Shown here: piece by piece, positions 23,633 through 29,512 of the stretch
Layout: each line of letters starts with the position of its first letter
Position numbering within the stretch: the stretch's first letter is position 1
From: Raillietiella orientalis
Taxonomy: Eukaryota
Direction of reading: 5' to 3'
Length of the DNA stretch: 29,512 bases
Assembly (NCBI GenBank): GCA_036172245.1
Contig: JAYWIR010000029.1
Span: 2,914,001 to 2,943,512, forward strand
Program-made: the position numbers and the translations under genes
The notes under the pieces: generated by a model
Told to the model about the DNA's origin: nothing
The model's input: only the letters and a program-made list of their open reading frames with translations
Database searches by the model: none

Positions 23633-24506
23633 TCTGAATCGGAAATTGCACCTTCCACAGAGGAAAAAAATCGGTAACGTGAGCCTATCGCGTCATACAG
23701 GCATTGCTTTCTTTATAGTTTTCCACCACAAGATTCCACAACTTGCAGAACCACCACATCCACCAACAAAGGTTAGAAAAAAAAGCTAAGACTGAAATAA
23801 AGCCCCAATCCACGTAATTGCACAGGCTCTGGTAAAGGTGTTGGTTTTGCAATTCCCAATTTATTATTTTGGGCAGTTTTTGGATAATTCCACAGTAGAA
23901 ATTTAGAGAGAAATGTTATACACGATTGCTGATCTTTTTCCTTAAATTATTTAATGAAATTAGTGGCTTAGAGATAGAGGAGATATGGAGAGAAGAAAAA
24001 CTTCCAGCAAGCTTGGTTCTTCTCCATTCTTTTCACTCCGCATTCGAAAATAGCAATATATCCTTTTCCGTCTCATAGCCTATCCAGTCGTGCTGATATC
24101 GGTTCTCCATCAATTATTTCACGTAGTGTAATTTCTGATCTACCTTCTAAGTCGAATAGGTAATCATATTTTCCATTAAATTTACAGTAAAATACTAATT
24201 TTACTGTAAATTTCATCTTTGTATACCAAAAGAATGTAGAATGGATGGAATTTCAGAAGAAACCATCCATCATTTACTACATCATATTCATGCTCTACGA
24301 TTTCGTACGCTGATTTATCCCGATTTATCCCTCTCTACTCTAATTTTTACCATTAAATTATCCAAAAACTGCAAGAAACTGCACTTTTGTTTCTATTGTC
24401 GTATTGTAAATCCAAGAAAATCGAAACCTGGTTTCTGTCCATTAGAAAACTTGAGAGTGGGAGAAATCTTTGGTGGCATCTGTGGTACCATTTGGTTTAA
24501 AACGGC
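23633..24506. other. AT-rich non-coding insertion interrupting LINE copy E
   Basis: Sharp GC drop. The LINE frame rejoins across it, with GGC present at both junctions. No recognisable ORF or terminal inverted repeat. Confidence 0.65.
24178..24213. repeat. Perfect 16-bp hairpin, 4-nt loop
   Basis: AAATTTACAGTAAAAT-acta-ATTTTACTGTAAATTT. Confidence 0.9.
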
Positions 24507-24985
24507 CTGGGAACAGTGATGTTTGACGGCAGGAGGCGGTTGCGTCGTGGGCTGCCGCACAAAGGATGCGCCCGGAAGACCTTCGAGGCCTGCGATTCCC
24601 CCTGGGTCAACCTCTGGAAGACATGATGCAGGGCAAGAAGAAACGAAATCGTCTTGCCACCACAGCCCTTGCCGCAGCGCTGTCTGCCCTCAGGGCAAAC
24701 AATGACAGAAGCCTATCGGCTGGGTTTGAGATCTCCTGCACCATCGCAGGAAAGACGGAACTCCTTAGCGGCAGGCGGACGAAGGAGCTGGTGCATGCTG
24801 CCACTCCTTCCAATCGCGCCAAGGGACTTCTTCGGTGGAGTGAATATTCAAGTGTGCCCCCCGATGAGATAGTGGTCCTCCACTTCTTGCCTTGACATCA
24901 AGGGGGACAGGGAGTCCCCCTTGATGTGGAAACAAGATGTGCTGCTGCTTTTTACGCTGGCTTTTCCACTGTCATCAGCGGCGTA

Positions 24986-25046
24986 GCATCGTTTCCGGGG
25001 GAGCATCGTTTCCGGGGAGCTGTCTCCGGGGGAGCTGTCTCTCCGG
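24986..25046 (+). repeat. Short tandem duplications inside LINE copy E
   Basis: gcatcgtttccgggg(g)a twice, followed by gctgtctcc(ggggga)-like unit twice. Confidence 0.7.
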
Positions 25047-27173
25047 ACTGCTGTAGGTGCAGGACGATCGAATCGTTCTCGCACCTCTTGCTCGAATGCG
25101 GTGACCTCAGCGAACTGTGGCGCAGGCTGGTTACAGCCGTTTCGCTACAGGGAGGCACTGCGAAAAAGGTGTCTCGCCGTTTCTTCACGCGAAACAGACT
25201 TTCGGCTGGCGTGATAGTGGCAACGATCTGTTGCACTCGTGCCATCGTAAAGGCCCGCTACGTCTTGGACACCAAAGCGAAGCGAAAAGTGGTCCGCTGT
25301 GACGCAGCTTCGTACCTGGCGACAGCTGAAAGGTGGCACCACCTGGAAGGCAAACAAGAGAAGAGATCGCCAGCATCCAGCTGCAGATGGACCGTAAAGA
25401 ACGGCGCACCCCGGTGAACCTCGCCATCTCCCTCCCTTGAGTTATCGATTTTATTCATTTGTTTTTTGCGATCCGCTCTCCTCGTTCGTTCCGAATCTTC
25501 CCTGTCTTACCCAGTGCCTCCCGGAGCCATCCCGAAGACCCCTGCCCCAACCCGCCACAGTCAACTTTTTTTTGTTGTCTCTATCCCCCGCCCCGTTCCC
25601 AACTTCCGTCATCCCGGCCTGCGTGCCGGCGGACTCCCCTCTTGTTTGTTATATCTTGGATGCGAACGGTGTTCCTAACCGGTTTCTTGAGAAACGTGGC
25701 GGCGTGACCTGGTTACAAACATCTGAAAAGACGTCGGTTTCTTTACGTGGATGGTCACAACACTGTTGCGGACGGCGTTACGTGCACTCCGCGCTCCGGA
25801 ACTGAAGAACACCCCCAGAAGAATGTGGGCCGGTCGTAAATGGCAGCACTGTTTTGACGTGACTTCAACGAACTCTGGCCATGCGGATGCATTACTATTC
25901 ATCAGCATCGTGATCTTCCTTACAAGTTATTGCTGACACGAGATTGCTTCCTTTTCCTTTTTGTTCCTTTTGTATTCGTGTCGTATGTATACCGCATGAT
26001 CACATAGATGTAGAGAATTTTTTCTCCCGCGTATAGCCATACAACGTCCCCAAATCCGACAAGCGGTGGGGTGAATTTATTTGCACTCTTTCCTGAAACA
26101 CTCAACACTAGTCGCATCATCTTCAATGAAAGATGAAACCTGGCTTCATCTGTATGGACGTAATCGTCGGTTTTCTTTAGAATGTATGAATACGTCCAGG
26201 CTAGGATTCTTCCGCAATTCCTGATTCCGATTTCCTTTTGTATTCATCCTCTGAGGATTTCCATTGCCGGTGTTCCTTGTTGGAATTTTCGTATCTTTCC
26301 TCATCTTTGCCCTTGATGTCGTGATAAAAAGGGATAGCATGGTTCGCACCATCAAGTTGTACAGGGTTACGTTTCCCTACTCCTGAAAGAAACCCGACAG
26401 GATTTCCAGTTTGGTACTGTCCAGTTAGCCAATCGTCGCCTTGACTGCTTACCAATCAGGTCGAAGAGGAGGGAAGGTGAACGCCTGAAGTTGCGTTTCC
26501 TCGTCTCTGCACGCCTTGCAGAGTCCATCTTGGATGTTTCCTTTCGAGTGTCCAAGACTGAAGCCACTCAGGATCCCTCCGTGACGAAACAACAAGAGGT
26601 CATACTGAGTGTCCAGAGGAAGGTCACTCTTCCAACGTGCATCCCCAACTGCCTGCTCGTTTGCGTGAGACCATCCACAGCGGCTAAAAGATGCATCGAG
26701 GGCATCATCGTCTTGGTATTTCTTCAGAGTTTCTTCTTTCATGTTGGCTTTGGTCATCAGCAGCCACGCTCGATGTGGTAGTGGTTGCTGTTTCCAAAGC
26801 TCCTGCGTCCTTTAGCTAAATTTTGCCCACTTTGCTCCGTGCAATATCGAAACAGTCGCCCTTGGTGGCGATGGCCACCGCTGGCGAATTATTCGCAAGG
26901 CTCCATTCTCGATCCTCGCCTTTGGTGTATCCAGATGGAAGTCTCCTTCGGAACGTGTTCAGAGTAAGAAATCACCAGAGCCAGTTCTTCATTCCATATC
27001 TTCTTGCTCCTGGGCACTATCATTAATTGGAGGAGCCTCACCCGTGCCTGCTTCCTTTCCCAAGTGGGGTCGATGTTCACCCACTCTCCAGTGAAGCCTC
27101 TCAAGGCCGAGAAACACAGGCGTTCCAGGAGTTCCAGAAGTTCCTGGTCGCAATGTCTTGCGAATGCTTTGCG

Positions 27174-27769
27174 GTGAACCCCAATTGTGTTAGGTGTGGG
27201 GAACGGGAGTCCCTCCCCCACCTACTTGTGGATTGTGTTGCCCTCCAGCCCCTTTGGCTACGCTTTGCCGTGGCCATCGGAATCCCCTGCGGCAACCCCA
27301 GGGACGCCTTAAAAGCCCTCTTCGTTGCCGACGCCCTTCGGCCTGCGGCCTCGATAGCAGCCCTGTGCTGCCTTCGCGGGATCGTCGTCGCTTGCACCAA
27401 GGCTAAGGGAGGACCTCGCGATAAGGTGCCATCCAGCGCGCCGCCGAATTTTTGAGGAGGGCGTCGCGATGGCCCCACCTGGATCCAAGCATACCGAAAA
27501 AGCTTGCCGGCATCCTGAGAAGGATGCAACGGCCCCAGCAGCAGCAGTGATCCCTTCCCTTACCCTCCCAAGTATTCTTTTCTTTTTGTTTAGTTTTTTT
27601 GTTTCTTCCCCCTTCCCCCTGCTGCCGTGGTGGATCGTATCGGTCTGCGAACCGGTAACCCGGAAGGCTCTGTGTATCTTCGTGCGTGGCTGGAGCATTG
27701 GTCCAGCCACAGCACTTCTTTGTTAAAGTTTGTTTTCAACAAAAGCCCTGGCGAAACCCGGGTGAAAAT
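27174..27769 (+). mobile_element. Tx1/L1-type LINE copy G: heavily 5'-truncated (C-terminal finger plus 3' UTR), nested antisense in copy F
   Basis: CVRCGERESLPHLLVDCVALQPLW...AALCCLRGI, a T-rich UTR, and terminal AACAAAAGCCCTGGCGAAACCCGGGTGAAAA (27738-27768). Flanked by CGAATGCTTTGCG (27161-27173) and CGAATGTTCTGCG (27770-27782). Confidence 0.8.
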
Positions 27770-28039
27770 CGAATGTTCTGCGCAAGTCGACTGCGACCGC
27801 AATTCCCCCCTCTCCTTCCCGGCCATCCTGCCCACCACCAGTGGACGTCCCGGAAATCGTGGTGCCGACCATGATTTTGTCCTTTGCTCTTCTCCTCTGA
27901 AACTCGAACCAGGTGTTCTCGAAGAGCAGGTTGGCGTCTATGCTCCGCCCGGAAACAGCGGTAAGTATTATGCTCCGGTCTAATGAAGGTTTTCGCCAAG
28001 AGCCCTAATCTCTCCGAGTAAAGCTTCGCCAGCAACTTA

Positions 28040-28084
28040 GCGAAACTTTGCTCAACACGTTTACCGTGTTGAGCAAAGTTTCGC
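28040..28084. repeat. Perfect 20-bp hairpin, 5-nt loop, inside RT coding sequence
   Basis: GCGAAACTTTGCTCAACACG-tttac-CGTGTTGAGCAAAGTTTCGC. Confidence 0.95.
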
Positions 28085-29119
28085 AACAACACGGTGATCG
28101 GACGCCAGTTGCTGAGGTTCCGTAAGTCCCCTCCCTTCGTGAGGAGACGCATCTGTGCCGACCGAAAGGAGTCGGGAACGTCGCTTGGGGCTTGGCATGC
28201 AACCCTGGCCTCTCTCCCGTGCTGGAGAGAGTTCCAATAGTAGCGGCGCCGATCCAGGAAGCCCCGACCTCCGACAGTGCATCTCGCCACCGGGAGAGCA
28301 GCATTTCTTCCACAGACAGCTGCCACTGGACGGATTAGGGCGGCTGTGCACCCGTAGGTGGCCGTAGCGGCGGAACGGCGGCCATCTGCGCAAGTGGGCA
28401 CCTCGGGCAGGTGACAGTTGCGGCACGGACGGTGGTGGCAGCCTGAGCGGAGGCTGCCCACTTGCAGTTTGCTCCGCTGCACCCTGAACGCCCCTGGTTG
28501 CCACCAGCGGCAAAGCACCAACTCCTCGATAGTCTTCGCCTCATCTCCCAGAGAACAATCAGCCGCTGTTAGCTGAGGCACCAACCGCCTCGGCGACACC
28601 CTGCCTGCTCGCAAATCCGGTGCTTTGGTCAGGGTGCTGCGGTTTCGCCGGACGCAGCGGCTGCTGCGTTTTCCCAACTTCTGCTCCAGGATCGTCGGCT
28701 GACTTCAGTTCAATGTAATGCGGAAAGCAGTGAAAGAGGACTGAATAAAATTGCCCCTATCCAGTATCTCCTGTTACTGAATTTTTGGACTGGGGAAAGC
28801 AGATGGAATCCATAACGCTGCATTTTTTCCAGTGCGCGAGGCCCTCGGAAGAAGAGAATGAGAAAGAGAGAGAAAACCATCTTCAGGATGGAACAAAATA
28901 TGCGCTCTTTTACACACACACCCTGCAGGACCTCGTAATGGGCACTGGCTTCACAAACCGAGAACGTTGTCATTTTGCATGGCTGGAGCAAAGTGTGGCT
29001 TGGAAAAGCCTTGGAACGTGTCACCGAAGCTGGGATTTTCCACGTGGCGACGACATGAACTGTGTAGCCGATCGATTCCATCCGTACACAGCGTGTTCGT
29101 GAAAACTGAGTTCATTTTT

Positions 29120-29512
29120 CAGAGAATGCCGATTGCTGAGACCGTTTCCAGAAATTGAGAGCATTTGCAACATTCTCCACCCCGAATGGGTATCCTCTGA
29201 AAGGAAGTCTCCGGTTTTCTAGTGAAAGTGTGTCCTTCTGATGAACTGGAGGATGTGGTTCTCTATGAAGTTTGAGGCAACGGCTGGATGAAGGGCGAAG
29301 GATTTATGGAAGTTAAAAATTGGTGTCAACCCTTGCGAACTGAATGTGGACGAGTGAATTAATATAGGGAAAGTGGTTCCTCAGGAATATCTTTTGTTCT
29401 CATCTTGAATGAGAGTCCTCCAAGGCAGCTTCCCAAGTAGGACTGGTGCTTTCATTCTTTTTCCTTAATTCTTTCTTAATCTTGCCCATGCAGATTCTAT
29501 CGATCGTGCATG
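29120..29512 (-). mobile_element. Merlin/ISXO2-like DDE transposase remnant (continues beyond the window end)
   Basis: HARSIESAWARLRKN*GKRMK...LIQDENKRYS*GTTFPI...QGLTPIF...SNFIENHILQFIRRTHF...ETVSAIG. Homologous to 14455-14890. Confidence 0.65.

Larger units (their letters stand above)
23230..25600 (+). mobile_element. Tx1/L1-type LINE copy E (post-RT region to C-terminal finger plus pyrimidine-rich 3' UTR), split by an insertion of about 870 bp
   Basis: MEAQMHFRLLAL...GFPLRQV..LLEAQRGISCSP (to 23632) resumes after 24506 as WEQ*..QEAVASWA...KELVHAATPS...PPDEI...CCRCRTIESFSHLLLEC...ATICCTRAI. This is colinear with copy C (MERQLQLRKLAF...WISCSPANWTTWLQESVSSWA). Confidence 0.8.
27040..28690 (-). 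mobile_element. Tx1/L1-type LINE copy F: N-terminal half of RT, interrupted at the DLRKAFD motif by copy G
   Basis: PQLTAADCSLGDEAKTIEEL, PDSFRSAQMRLLTKGGDLRNLSNWRPITVL, AKLLAKLYSERL, IAVAVDLRRTFD (to about 27770). It resumes at 27173 as RKAF...DQELLELLERLCF...ARVRL. Confidence 0.8.

Noticed and set aside
4000..28700. Numerous overlapping 60-250 aa ORFs in the ORF track
   Set aside because: Mostly alternative or antisense frames of GC-rich decayed LINE sequence.
1..29512. CRISPR array, tRNA/rRNA/U2 snRNA targets, retron or group II intron system
   Set aside because: No repeat-spacer array or recognisable RNA gene was seen. The RT context (APE, CCHC ORF1, spliceosomal introns nearby) is eukaryotic non-LTR.

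Overview
Eukaryotic genomic DNA, most likely arthropod, from a genome with very short introns (about 42-53 nt). It is not bacterial. The window opens with the 3' part of a spliced PH-domain gene (CNK/IPCEF1-like, + strand, ends about 1205). The rest is largely decayed mobile DNA and pseudogenes. (i) At least seven pieces of one Tx1/L1-type non-LTR retrotransposon family (ORF1 with two CCHC knuckles, APE endonuclease, RT with YADD, C-terminal CxxC..H...C finger). These are chained head-to-tail or nested in one another, and two end in the same short hairpin motif rather than a long poly(A). (ii) Two clear and two tentative remnants of a Merlin/ISXO2-like DDE transposase with an unusually long region after the catalytic Glu motif. 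(iii) An intron-containing MRPS30 pseudogene (- strand, about 16.1-17.55 kb) that the ORF track shows only in fragments. (iv) An intronless ankyrin + PRANC/F-box-like gene (17986-20292, -), broken near the domain junction. Perfect inverted duplications (80, 20 and 16 bp arms) sit inside otherwise degenerate DNA. All family calls come from by-eye motif recognition and manual alignment, with no database search. Coordinates of decayed elements are approximate.
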